64,000 nucleotides of DNA from Neocallimastix sp. 'constans' (Eukaryota), in contig JBODTK010000122.1 of the NCBI GenBank assembly GCA_050613775.1, forward strand, positions 248,001-312,000. Direction: 5' to 3'. This document shows, one piece after another, positions 1 through 13,800 of this stretch. Made by a program: the position numbers and the translations under genes. The notes under the pieces were generated by a model. The model made no database searches. It had not been told where the DNA came from and saw only the letters and a program-made list of their open reading frames with translations. Position 1 is the first letter of the stretch; every line of letters starts with the position of its first letter.

Positions 1-1193
1 ATCAAGAAGAATTTATTTTAAATACAATTCATGAAGTAAATATATAATTTTTTTTTTTTTTTTTTTTTTTTTAATTTTTATTTTATTTTATTTTATTTTA
101 TTTTATTTTTATGTATATATATATATATATTTATTTATTTTATTTTTCTATTCATTTTATTTTATTATATATATATATTTTATTATTTTTTATTTTTATT
201 ATATAATATATTTATATTAATTTTATAATATATTTATTTTTATTTTATAATATATATATTTTTATTTTATTATATTTTTATCTTTGTTTTATTATGTTTT
301 AATTTTTTTTTTTTTTAAAAAAAAAATTAAAAAAATGTTTATTATCAATTTTTAAATAACAATTCAAAAAGCAATATTTCAAAGCTGTAGAAAGAGGCGA
401 TCTTCCTGAAGCTATTAGATATATTGCCCTCGGTGCTGGTAAAAACTTATTTATAAAAATGATTAATTATATATGTATTATAACTTATTATTTTATTTTT
501 TATTTATTAATTAACTAAATATATATATATAAAATAGATGTAAATTATAAGGATCCAAAGACTGGAAGAAATGCCCTTCATCAAGCTATTATTAGCCAAA
601 ATGATGTCAATGCCGTTTTTGTAATGCAATGGATTGATGATTTAAATGATATTGATAATTCAGGAAGAAGTAATTTTTCCTTTTTTTTTTTTTTTTTAAA
701 AAAAAAAAATAAAATAAAAATAAAATAAAATAATGTGATGAAAAATATTAAAATATTAATTAATTTATATATTTATTTTCTTATTTATTTATTATTGATT
801 AAAATATAATATTTACTAATATATAGCTGCATTACATTATGCTGTTGAAAACGATGATATAAATATTGTTCAAATGTTATTAAAAAGGCATGCTAAAACA
901 GATATTAAAGATAATGATAATATTGTAAATATTCAACGAATAATTTCTATTTTATTATTTTATAATTCTTATTAAAAATAATTTTTTTCATAATTAATAA
1001 AAATAATTAAAAATTATTATATTATATGTATATATATATTTATATCTTTTTTTTTTTTTTTTTTTTGAATTATTATTGAATAATAATAGACTCCAATTAT
1101 GATAGCCGAAGAAAATAAAAATACTACATTAGTTGTATGTATAAAAATAATTAATATTTAAAATATATATTAATCTTTATAATAATAAAATAA

Positions 1194-1227
<34 letters not shown>

Positions 1228-2207
1228 TAATATGTTATATGTTATATATTATATAGACTGTATTAAGATTAATTACTTTTGAAAGAGAAAATAACGGTGA
1301 TGGTATATTAAATGAATTAGGTTTTAATGAAGCTCTTGATTTGTTAGTTAACTTCCCAGAAGAAGAAGAAAATAAGTTACCTGGTACTATAAAAGTTACA
1401 ACACCTATTTCAAAGGTTTCAAATGAAGAAGTACCATTAGAAATTGAAACTGATCTTACAAGAAAACAAGAGGAAGAAAGAGAAAAAACAGAAGCAAGAA
1501 GAAAAAGATCATCTGTTAGTAGTCCATTTACCCCAACAGATGTATATGAAGATCCACTTCTTACTCAATCAGTATTAGATACAGTTGTCGAAAAATCATC
1601 ATTTGATAATATAAATGTTAAGACAATATCAGAAGAAACCAAAGAGATGAATTTAGAAGAAGCAAATCCATTTGCAACTACAGTTAATATTAAAGAAATT
1701 AAATTAGATAATCCAACAACATTCTCAATAGCAGCTACGGAAGCTTCAAAAGATATCAATTTAGAAATGAATCCATTTGCAACGACGAATACTACTACTA
1801 AAGATATAAACTTAGATGAGCCAAATCCATTTGCAACTACAAATACCACTACTAAAGATATAAACTTAGATGAGCCAAATCCATTTGCAACTACAAATAC
1901 CACTACCAAAGATATAAATTTAAATGAACCAAATCCATTTGCATCAACCACCATTAATACTTTTAATAATAATAATTCATTACTCTCATCTATTCCTGTT
2001 AGTAAAAATTCTTCATTTGGTGTCAATGCCTTCAGTGATATTAATACCTTTAATAGTATGTCAAGTATGTCAAATATGTTGGATGATATGTCAAGTTTAT
2101 TAGATGGAGCTGATATGGATAGAAGATCCCATCATAATACTGAAAATAGTAATAATAATAAAGATAAATATAATGAAGAAGACATGTTTACTTCACCGTG
2201 GGCATAA
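1..2207 (+). CDS. 3' part of an ankyrin-repeat protein resembling the C-terminus of ACAP/centaurin-beta ArfGAPs, with an NPF-repeat tail (5' end outside window)
   Basis: GT-AG exons at about 1-35, 372-438, 538-669, 827-924, 1090-1134 and 1257-2207 splice in frame to QYFKAVERGDLPEAIRYIALGADVNY..GRNALHQAI..SGRTALHYAV..TPIMIAEE..LVTVLRL. This matches the ACAP ankyrin pattern (ALAHGADVNW...DIVTLLRL). The ArfGAP domain itself is not visible. Confidence 0.75.
1770..1950 (+). repeat. Coding tandem repeat, 54-bp unit (KDINLDEPNPFATTNTTT)
   Basis: About three near-identical units in DNA and protein. Confidence 0.9.
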
Positions 2208-3304
2208 GTTTAACGTAGTAACAAATTAAAAAATAAAAATAAAAATAAAAATAAAAATAAAGGAATATATATATATATATATATAAATTTATAAATGTTA
2301 ATGATTATTTTTATATTTATTAACTATAAAAATTAAAATTAAAATATTTTATAAATTATTAATATAATAATATAAAATATTTATGATAATTATATAATTA
2401 CATAAAGCAAAACCTATATAAGTTTATCTCATTAATTTTTTGATTTATTATAACCATAGAAAATATAATTACAAGACCAAAATTAAAAATAAATAAATAA
2501 AAAAAAAAAAAAAAACTTTTTACTTTTATTGGTTAAATTCTTTTATTTTTGTGAATTAACTTTGTCTTTAAAATAAATTAAATAAATTAAATAAAAAAAA
2601 AGAAAATAAAAATAAAAAAATAAGGAAAATAAGATTATATATAAAGATTTAAAATTATATATTAGTAAAAATAAAAATAATATACATATATATATAAATG
2701 AATTTTTATGAAAAATAATTATTTCAAATTATTATTAATTAAATATATATATATATATATATATAAAGAATTATATTAATAAAATTTGATATGATTTTAA
2801 AAAATAAATAAAAAATAAAAAAAAAATAATAAAAATTAAAAAAAAAAAAAAAAAAAAAAAACCTTTTTACTTTTTTTAAAAAATTAATTAAAAAGCTATT
2901 CTCAATTTATTCTATTCAAATAACCTAATCACATTAAAAACATATTATTATTTATAATACAAATTTTTAATACGCCTATTTATCTAAAACAAATATTTTC
3001 TTAGATAATACATTTGAATAAATAAAACTTTTACTTTAAAATACCTTTATTCATCATTAATATTGCAAGAATGTATAATTAATAAATTATATATTTTTTT
3101 AAAGGAATTTATGTTTTATTTAAAATTTATATTTTTTGTTATAAAAATTGTAAATAAATATGTAATTTTTTTAATAAATATATGTATATTAATATTTAAA
3201 TGCATATTATTATTTTCTTATAAAAAAAAAATTTAAACTGAAATAAATAAATAAATTAATAAAATAAATAAATAAATAAATAAATAAATAGTAATAAGAA
3301 TGAT

Positions 3305-3351
<47 letters not shown>

Positions 3352-3820
3352 GTATAAAAAAATTAAAATTTTATATTTTTATATATTTAATAATAATAAT
3401 ATTAAGTAAAATGAAATCATAATAATTATAAAATAATTAATTACTATATTTAAATATTTAATAATAAAAGTACATTTTGAATTAAATAAAATAAAATAAA
3501 TAAAGTATTATCATATTAAATAAAATAAAATAAAATAAAATAAAATAAAATAAATAGTAAAGTATTATAATTTAAATAAAATAAATAAAATTAAAAAAAA
3601 AAATAATTGAAATAAAAATAAAAAAGTAAGATTGAATAAAATAAATAACAAATAATAATAATTTAATAAAATTCTATTTCTTCTAATATTTTTTTTTTTT
3701 TTTTTTTTTTTTGTTTTTTTTGTTTTTTGTTGATAATAAAATTTTAATTCATCGATAATAAAAATAATTATATCATTTTTCTATTATGTTGATACGACTT
3801 ATTTTTTATAAAAAAAATTA

Positions 3821-4928
3821 TTAATTTTCTTCTAATGGTTGAGGTGGTGTTGGAGGTGTAAGAATAGATTTATACTTTAAAATTTCCAATTTGTGATTTT
3901 TATGATTATCAAGTGTTGAATTGAAATTAGACTCTTCATCACTCATATTTGAAACAGAGGCATTACTACTAGTAGTAGATATAGGTGAATTTTTATTCCA
4001 TATATCAGATAAATCTTCATTTACCTTAATATCCTTTTTAGGCTTCTCCTTTAATTTTAAGGATATATTATCATTTTCTCTCTTATTAGCCATTGTATTT
4101 GTATTATCATTAGATTCCGGAATTGATTCATTATTTAAGTTTATGATTTCAATTTTATTTGATGGCAACATTTCACCCTTTTCATTTAACGAATATGTAT
4201 CTTTAATTTTTTTTCCAGAAAGTAAAGCATTATTTTTATTAGATTCTGATGTTGTCCTCTTTCCATCGGTAACTTTTACTTCAGGATTATTATCATTTTC
4301 ATTATTTTTATTATCATTCTTTGGTTCATTTAATATTTGATTAATTACAAGGATATCTTTTGGGAGTTGTTTCATGGAATTATATTGATTAAGAATAGTT
4401 TCAAATGAATTTTCTTTATCTTCAATATCGAAATATTGTGATTCCTCTATAGTTATATCATCCCAATTCTTATTTGAATTATTAATTTTTCTAGATTTGG
4501 GAGATCTATTACCATCTTCATCTTTGTATTCGTTATTACGTCTTTTTCTTTCATTCTTTCTTTTTCTTTTACTTCTTTTTTTCTTTTTATTTACATGGTT
4601 ATCGTCATTTACATTAGATGCTTTATTAATAATTGGTACAATTTGTTGTAACTTTGGTATAACAGGCATACTTTTAACACCTTTAATTAACGAATCAAGA
4701 TCCTCAGTAATTAAAACATCTGATTGTTTAATATTATCAGAAGATGGGGTATTAACTATACTATTGATTTCAAGTTTTGATTTTTCTTCCTTCAAAGTTT
4801 TAAAGTATTTTATTTTATTTAGAGTTGAATGAACTGAATATTTATTAAAACTATGTGACGTTATTATATTTAAATCATAATCATAATCATTTTCATTTCT
4901 ATATTATACATTATATTTAAATTAAAAA

Positions 4929-4960
<32 letters not shown>

Positions 4961-5293
4961 ATTAAAATGTTAATTTTAAATTAATATGAATTATTTTAAA
5001 TAAAAATGTTTTAAAAATATATAATTTTTAAATAATAATTAAAATGTCTAATTAACTTACCTGATTTCATGAATTTCTTTAGATTTCATTTTTTTATTAT
5101 TTAAAAGATTATCCAGATTAATTTTTTCTAATTTCTCAGGACATTTAGGATAATTTAAATTTGTAAAAATTTCATGTATTTTTAAAATTTCTTCTTTAAT
5201 ATTTTTTTGATCAAGAACTTCATCTTTATTTAGGGGTATTTTTTGAAATTCTCTTTCATTTTCTACTAAATAATCTAAATTTATATTATTCAT
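3821..5293 (-). CDS. Hypothetical hydrophilic protein (about 436 aa, two exons) with a basic NLS-like cluster
   Basis: Exon 5293-5061 splices (GT-AG) in frame to exon 4898-3821; contains KKKKRSKRKRKNERKRR; no domain recognised. Confidence 0.65.
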
Positions 5294-5412
5294 TTTACTT
5301 CATTAATTATTTTTAATATATAAATGTATATATTATTTCCTTAATTAGTTTATAATTTTAAATCAATTTGAAATTTTGTTATCAACTATTCTATCAAATT
5401 GAGAAAAGTTCC

Positions 5413-5448
<36 letters not shown>

Positions 5449-5675
5449 TTAAATTATAAACCTTTTTATAATAAAAGGATTCTTTTTTTATTTTCAATCT
5501 TATATTTTAAAAAATAATTTTTAATATAATAAAAAAAAAAAAGTGAGAAGAATATATAAAATTTTATTAAAATAATTATATTAATTAATATTATTTTTTT
5601 TTGGTTTATATAAATTTTTATCAATAAATTATCTTTTCTTTTTCTTTTTTGAAATTCAATAAATAATATATAATA

Positions 5676-5710
<35 letters not shown>

Positions 5711-5870
5711 ATTATTATTATTATTAATTATAATTATATATAATAATTTTATATCTTAATTTTAAAATGGAATGAAATTTCAATCAATTAATATATATAT
5801 ATTTATATATTTTTTATAATATTTTAACATAATATAATTTAAAAAATTTAAAAGAATACTAAATATTAAT

Positions 5871-5903
<33 letters not shown>

Positions 5904-6212
5904 ATATGAATTATTAACTATTATTAAATAAATGTACATTAATGATTTTTATATTAATTTATGGTTTATATATTTAAAAAAAAAAAAAAAAAAAAAATTT
6001 AAATTTTATGTTAAGATATAATTGGCCAAAATCATTATTTTGTTATAAAAGAAACTAATAATAGCCAATAAAATATAAGATAAAAATTGGAATCATAGTA
6101 TAAAAAACGTGATAAGGCGTTAACATTGAAGAATAAATTTTTGAATTACCACATTTTAATATAAAATTAAGTATTTCAACTTTTGATGTGGCAAAAAAAA
6201 TGTAATATCTTT

Positions 6213-6248
<36 letters not shown>

Positions 6249-6549
6249 GTTTAATTATACATCAAATCAATAATTTATTAATTTATATATATATATTAAT
6301 AAAAAATAAAAAAAAAATTAAAAATTAATATATAAATACTGGACATTAATTGTATTTCATATTATTTCTATAAGTTTACATTATCGAAGAAATTATCTAG
6401 GTCTATGGCTAAAATGTACACATATCCATCATTTGTTATATGAATATATAAAATACAAAAAAAAAAAAAAAAAAAAAAAAACTTATCTTGTATAATAATA
6501 ATTATAAAAGATTGGTTTAATAGTAATATTATTATTATTATTATTATTA

Positions 6550-9140
6550 TTTTTTTTTTTTTTTTAAACAGGGAATGAATACATTTCCATAAATTTATTA
6601 ATTTTATTATAAAAGAACACATGTAGGTGAAAAGTACATTTAAAATTAAATATAAAAAATAAAAGTTAAAAAATAAAAAATAAAAAAGCTCAAAAAAAAT
6701 ACTATGTATTTCGGCAAGTTGTATTATGCGGGAATTTTTCCTTCCTAACAAATAAAAAAAAAAAAATAATAAAACCAAGAAGTAACATCTTTAAAATAGA
6801 TAGTGTGGTGTCCACTAAACTCTTACTGGATTCATCATTTATTGAACTACTAGGGCGAGATTCACCCTTCGTAGAAATAGATGATGATCCTGTATTATCA
6901 TTATGCCTTATTAGTACGACGTCGACGCTCTTGGTTTTAAGTTTGGTAATTTGGAGTACCTATCAAATAATAGCTTAAACGAACTACTTATGATAGATAT
7001 TGCCCTTGTTAAGAATTCCGCCAAGCCCACAATTTTTTGGAACAGGTGACTCAGATAAACCTTTGAAAAAGTAGTTCATTTAATTATCTCTGTTCACCAC
7101 TACTGAAATGTATCTCATTTAAAGCTAAAATTCTACCAAGAAGGAACAAGTATATATAATGATTGATATAATCTTCAAAATCAGAATTGGAGTCATAGGA
7201 AGAAAGAGAATTAAACGCTTTAATCTTCCTAATGAATAAAACATAGAGATTATCGATGAAATTTAAAAAAATTTCATCTAAAAGATGCAAGAGCATTGCA
7301 TTTAAAAATCCATTGTTCAAAAGATTGATACCTTCGCCACAACAGGAGTAAGTCTTGGGACAATCTTCTGAAACTCTATCCATTCTAATAGCAATAGTAG
7401 TATTGTATTTATATACCACAGGGAAAACATATAATCCACGAAAAACCCTAAGTTGAATTGGGGGTATTTTAAGCTAAGCATAATTATAGCTTTATTATTT
7501 GAGAACTTGTTACTATCGTAGTTTTGACCTTTAATACCTTGAAATTTGGAAACTGATTTCCAAAAATGTTCTAAAATATCGTCATATTTTACACATATAT
7601 ATTTTTTTGTTTTTTTTTTTTTTTTGTACAAAGTTCTAGATTCTTTAGTCCAGGAATAATACGGCATTTTGGGAATAGATTTAATAAGATCCTTTATAAT
7701 ACAGTTTGATTTACTCCATTTTACAAATGATTTAATCTGTTAGGCTGCGAAGATACCAGCAATAAGAGAGATGCTTAGATCTCGAGATAGAGCATAAGTA
7801 CTCAAGAATTATGTCTAATATAGTCATTGTTTTCTGAATTTGCATTACCATTTTTAGAGAAGGAACCGATACACCAAAATAGACCAGTATTAATTAATGT
7901 TTGAATTCTAGCCGTTCTAGATTTGTTTGAACCAAGTAGAAGAGAATAATAAATAACTTTACTAATAACAAAGGATTGAAGAACTCTTTTTTTCTTGTAT
8001 ACAATAGGAATAAGTTTATTTGAAAAGAAACATGTAAATGAAAGAAGGGATTTTCTAACTTTAAAACGCATGTGAGATATAATGTGTTCTAATAAGAGAT
8101 CATCTGAGAAAGGAATACCTAGATAAACATAACTAGAAACTTTTGGAATAGCATTCATTCCTAAATAGAAGGTTGGGTCACTATAATTTGGAGGAGATTG
8201 GAAGTTCATTGGTTTTATAACCATAATTGCATATTTTTCAATACCAAAAGTTATTTCATTTAAATTAGCCCATTTATGTACCTTTTTTTTTAATAAAATT
8301 TCTAAATTTTTTGCACTCAGAGCAATGAGAACAACATCATCAGCAAAGAGTCCACCACAACACTTTTTTCTTCCAATATTAACACCATACTTTTCACAGT
8401 TATTTTGTATATCATTTATGAATAAGCTGAATAAGACTGGAGATAACGGACAGCCTTAACGAACACCTCTTTTAATAGGAAATTTATTTGATAACATTGA
8501 AGCAAATCGAGCATGTGCTTTAGATGAAGTATATAAATTACAAAGAAAATCAAAACATTAACCACATACTCCATAATGATATAATTTAGTAAGAATGTTA
8601 AATATAGGAATTGAATCATATGCTTTTTTAAGATCTAAAAAAAAAAAGGCTAGATATGTGAATTTTCCTTGAAATTTTCTTCTTTGGCAAATTTCTCTAA
8701 CAGAAATGAATAAACTAATTGCTTAGTAGGAGAGATAATATCTTGACAAAATATAGAGTTAATGCAAGTAAGGGAGGTAGATGAATAAGATGATTTAGCC
8801 AATTTTTTTAAACAACTCCAACTATTTTTGAAATCTTTATTCAAAATATAATTACCGATTTTTATTATATTAGCCTTATATCTAGTAGAACGAAATTTAC
8901 TCTTTGTTTTCTTGATTAATTTGCAAAGTTTTTCATATATATTAAATTGTTCAAGGTAATTATCAACGTTTTCACAGTTAAAGTAAGGCTTAATATTTCG
9001 AAATGCAATATGTTTTTCATGAGACAGTTTTTTAATGTAATAAGGACAATGAAAAGCAGAGCCTTTTATATTTGTTGGAATGAAAGCTTTAAAATCTTTC
9101 CCAATATTATTTGCTGTATTGATAAACTTTTCTACCATAT
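6550..9140 (-). mobile_element. Decayed non-LTR retrotransposon (LINE), copy 1
   Basis: Frameshifted RT motifs (DLKKAYDSIP; GVR-GCPLSP; CCGGLFADDVVL; YLGIPFS), a degenerate C-terminal Cys knuckle, and a 3' tail ending in poly(A) (T-run near 6550-6565). Confidence 0.9.
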
Positions 9141-9180
9141 AATAATATTAGTAATGCTAATAATAATAAAAAATTGTTGT

Positions 9181-9255
<75 letters not shown>

Positions 9256-9622
9256 TATAATAAAGAATAAAAGTTTATAGATAGAACAAATCTTTGATTT
9301 ATTATAAATTTGTTTTAAACTCCTTAATTTACTATAATGTCTGATTATATTTATTAAATGAAACATATTATCAAATATAAATGTTAAAAAACACTATAAC
9401 TTGTTAAATATATATGAATAAACAAAAATGTATTAATAAATAAATATCAAACTAAATATAAAATATATAATTATTTATATAAATTAATAAATAAAAAAAA
9501 ATTTTTTTTTTTTTATTTATTTTTTAATTTTATTTTCTTATTCTAGATTTTAAAAGGTTTAATTTTCATTAATTTAAATTCATACATATTTATATATCAA
9601 AGTATTATTAAATAGATTATTA

Positions 9623-9848
9623 ATATTTATATAATTATAAATATTTAAATATTATTATCTATTATTAATATTACTATTATAATTTATCATAAATATATAT
9701 ATTTATATAATTATAAATATTTAAATATTATTATCTATTATTAATATTATTATTATAATTTATCATAAATATATATATTTATATAATTATAAATATTTAA
9801 ATATTATTATCTATTATTAATATTACTATTATAATTTATCATAAATAT
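9623..9848. repeat. AT-rich minisatellite, 76-bp unit x3
   Basis: atttatataattataaatatttaaat recurs at 9625, 9701 and 9777. Confidence 0.85.
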
Positions 9849-9950
9849 AGAATCTAAATTATTTTTATTTTATTTTGAAAATTAATTTTTTTTTTTATTT
9901 TTTTTTTATTTTATTAAATTGGTATTATAATTATTGCTATTAATATTGCT

Positions 9951-9990
<40 letters not shown>

Positions 9991-10239
9991 CTGATATTAT
10001 TATATAACTTGAAATAATATTATCAAAAATATTTTATAATTTTGAAATTTTGACAAATTATTTTACTTCAAAAAAAAAAAAAAAAGAAAAAAGAAAATAA
10101 TATTATTAATTTATTTTATAATATTATCATTATTAAAAATTACTATTGGTTTTTGAAATTTTTAATATTATTTTTTTTTTTTATTGAAGTAATATTATCA
10201 AAATTACTATTAATATTTAAAAATTTTGAAATTATTATT

Positions 10240-10475
10240 TATTTGAAATAACAATATAATCAAATTTTATTTTAGATTTTGAAATTTCGAGTTTATTTAT
10301 TTTATTTGAAATATTAATAAAATTATCAAAATTTTTATTAAATTTTGTAATATCGAGTTTATTCGTTTTATTTGAAATGTTAATAAAATTATCAAAATTT
10401 TTATTAAATTTTGAAATCTCGAGTTTTTTGTTTTATTTGAAATATTAATAAAATTATCAAAAATTTTTATTAAAA
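10240..10475. repeat. About 66-bp degenerate tandem repeat downstream of phosphoesterase A
   Basis: cgagttt...ttttatttgaaa..ttaataaaattatcaaaa recurs near 10289, 10355 and 10420. Confidence 0.75.
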
Positions 10476-10648
10476 CTTTATTATTTACTTGAAATAATAT
10501 TTCAAAATATCAAAATCATTTTATTGAATAAAATAATTTATTGTTGAGTAATATTATATGAAGAATTAATTGTTAATTTTTTTAAAAAAAAAAATTATTT
10601 TTAATTATTTATCATTATAATTTTATTTTTATTTTTATTTTAGTTTTC

Positions 10649-10682
<34 letters not shown>

Positions 10683-10800
10683 GTTGGATAGGATATCTTT
10701 TGATTTTATAGGATATTTTTTGATTTTATAGGATATCTTTTAATTTTAATAAATACTGAAATTTAATTTAAAAGTATTTTTTTGTTGGAACGATTAAAGC

Positions 10801-13800
10801 TTATTGACATTGGTAGTAGTAATCACTTAATTTTACACAAGTAGTACCTGCTTCACAACAAGTTGGTCCATTATAATTTTGACCACCACATTGTTGCCAT
10901 ATTGAAGCACAGTTACTTGGTTCTGGTGATTTAGTTGTGGTGGTGGTAGTAGTAGTTCTTCTAGTTGTGGTGGTGGTAGTTTTTCTAGTGGTTGTAGTAG
11001 TTGTAGTAGTTCTAATGGTAGTTCTAGTGGTAGTGGTAGTAACAGTGTTATTATTCTTACGAATACCACACCATTCACCATTTTCAACACCCCATTCACC
11101 ACTACCATCAATTTCTATAGGAGTAGTATTTGGATCACTACAGCATGGATAGTCTGGTAATGACCAACAAGTTTCTACTCTAATAATACCACACCAATCA
11201 CCATTTTCTAATCCCCATTCACCACTATCATCAGTTTCTATAGGAGTAGTATTTGGATCACTACAGCATGGATAGTCTGGTAATGACCAACAATTACCAG
11301 AAATTGGAGTTGGTGTAGGAGTTTGGGTTTGTATAGGAGTTGGAGTTTGTATAGGAGTAGGTATTTGGGTTGGCTTTGGTAATACCTTAGAATCTTTTTC
11401 AAAAGTGTATGGTCCATCAATAACATTAAAAGTATCAACTTCATATGAAGTAATTACCATTTGTGTTTTACCATTATTATTAGTAAAATCTAAAATACCG
11501 AAAGTAGAGGTAAACGTTTGATTAGAATAATAAATATAATCAAAGGCTCTATCATTTATAATACCATAAAGTTTACTACCAGTAGAACAGTTAGCAGTAA
11601 GATACATTGTACCTTTATGACTACTGTAAACTTTATTTTTTTCAACCTCATCAACTTTATATCCTTCTTTTCTACTTTCATCATAAGTAATAAAATGACT
11701 TGCAGCATACATATGATCATGACCATTAATAACAAGATCAATATCATATATATCAAACAATTGAGTTACTTCTTTACGTATATATTCGGTAATTAAAGGA
11801 TCTTGTGAATGTGTATAACCATTACTATAAATATCATGATGGAATAAAGCAACTCTCCAATCAACATCTGGAAAAGTTGAATTAGCTTTTCCTACTACTT
11901 CTCTAAATTCTTCCTCGGTACCATAATTAGTTTCGAGAACGATAACAAGTACATTATTATGTTTAAAGAAATAACTATAACCAGGACTTGTTTCAGTTTT
12001 ACCTATAAGGTATGGATTTGGAGTATTAAAATGGTATCTAAAAGAAGGAGTAAAAGATTCATGATTACCAACAGCTGGAGCAAATGGAACCTGTTGCATT
12101 AATTTAGGAAGTAATAAGGTTGAATATTCTCTTTCTTGTCTGAGAAGATCATTTCTAATATATTCTTCAGTTTTACCGCTAGAATCACCTGGAGATTGAC
12201 CAGAATCAGCATTATCACCAGCAGATAAAATAATACTTGCTTCATTTGCTTTTGCATAAGAATTATATATAGTCATATTCCAATTGAAAGCATCATTTCT
12301 AAGACCTTCTTCCTCAGTAAGACGTTGCTCCGTTAAAACTGAAAAGTTATTTTTGGATGCACCGATTTGTGGATCTCCAAGGAAAACAAATCTGAAATTA
12401 TTTGGATTTTTAGTTTTAAATTCAATTACATCTTCCCACTTTCCATTTAAATTTCTTTGATAATAATAAGTTGATAAACTTTCCAATCCAGTAACAGTAA
12501 CTTGATTACAATAGTATTGTACATCATCAATATTTTTACATTGATAACTAGTACCTGTTACTTCATTTTCTTCAGTTAAATCTTTAGAAACACCAAAACG
12601 GATTAATGGATATTCCTTAGATTTAGAATACCAACCAAAATTAAGTTTTGATTCATCTTCACCTGGTAAAACGGAAAGACGTTGAAAATCATTAATATCA
12701 ATTTCTTTACCATTACCATATTTAGATTTAAAATCTTCCCATTGGGTTTTAGTTTCTTCAACACTAGCACGATCATTCCATTTTGGTTTACCATATCTGT
12801 ATGCACACCAATGATCTTCATTTTGATTAAAATACCTATATTAGTTAAATAAATATGCGTTAATATTTTATTAACTTTTATTTTGAATATTTTTAATTTA
12901 ATTTTTTTTTTTTTTTATTATTATTATTAATAAAAAAATATATCAACAATAAATATTTCTTAATTAAAGAATATATTTTAATTACCAAAGACCATCATTG
13001 GTTGAATAATTTGGTACAATTGAATCATATTTACAACATTTATACACTAATATAATAAATAATATTAATTTTTTAATAATTTATAGTAATATATAACAAA
13101 CTTATCATATCTCAATTTATAAAAATTACTATATATTAATTCAAAATACTTACTGTCGCCGTATTCCTTAAATACCCAACAATTTTCTATTGAAGATGTT
13201 TCATCATCTTCTTGTATAACTGGAATACCACACTTTTCCCCATTTTCTTCAGACCTATAAAATTAAATAACAAATATTTAATTATATTAACAAAAACTTT
13301 TAAATATTAAAAATTTAAAACTAAAAATAAAATATACCATTTTCCATTTGAATCTTCTTCGATAACTTTTAAATCTTTTCCTGTACAACTTTATATATAA
13401 AATAAATTTAAAAAAAAAAAAATTATTATACGTATTCTATTAATTAAATTATTTATCATATATTTATAATAAAATTATCAAAAAATATTTACCATGGAAT
13501 AGGTGGATTTAATTTCATTGACCAACATTTACCGGTATAAGTTGGTTTAGATTCAGATGTTTTAATTATACCACACCATTGACCATTTTCAACACCCCTA
13601 ATATTTATTAAAATATTTATTAGAAAATAATTTCAAAAAAAAAATATATATATATATATGAATTTTAAATATAATATAGCCAAAACAAAATAATAACGTA
13701 CCAATCTCCTTTATCATTAGTATATTCAACAGTTGCATTTGGATCAGAACAACTATATATTATTATATATTATTATTTTTAATTATAATTTAAATTTTTA

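Noticed and set aside
1565..4832. Antisense ORFs 1565-2026, 3921-4340, 4497-4832, and the poly-Val ORFs opposite Thr linkers
   Set aside because: Shadows of real genes on the other strand
9623..10475. Regularly spaced repeats as a possible CRISPR array
   Set aside because: Whole-unit tandem repeats without unique spacers; eukaryotic context; no cas genes
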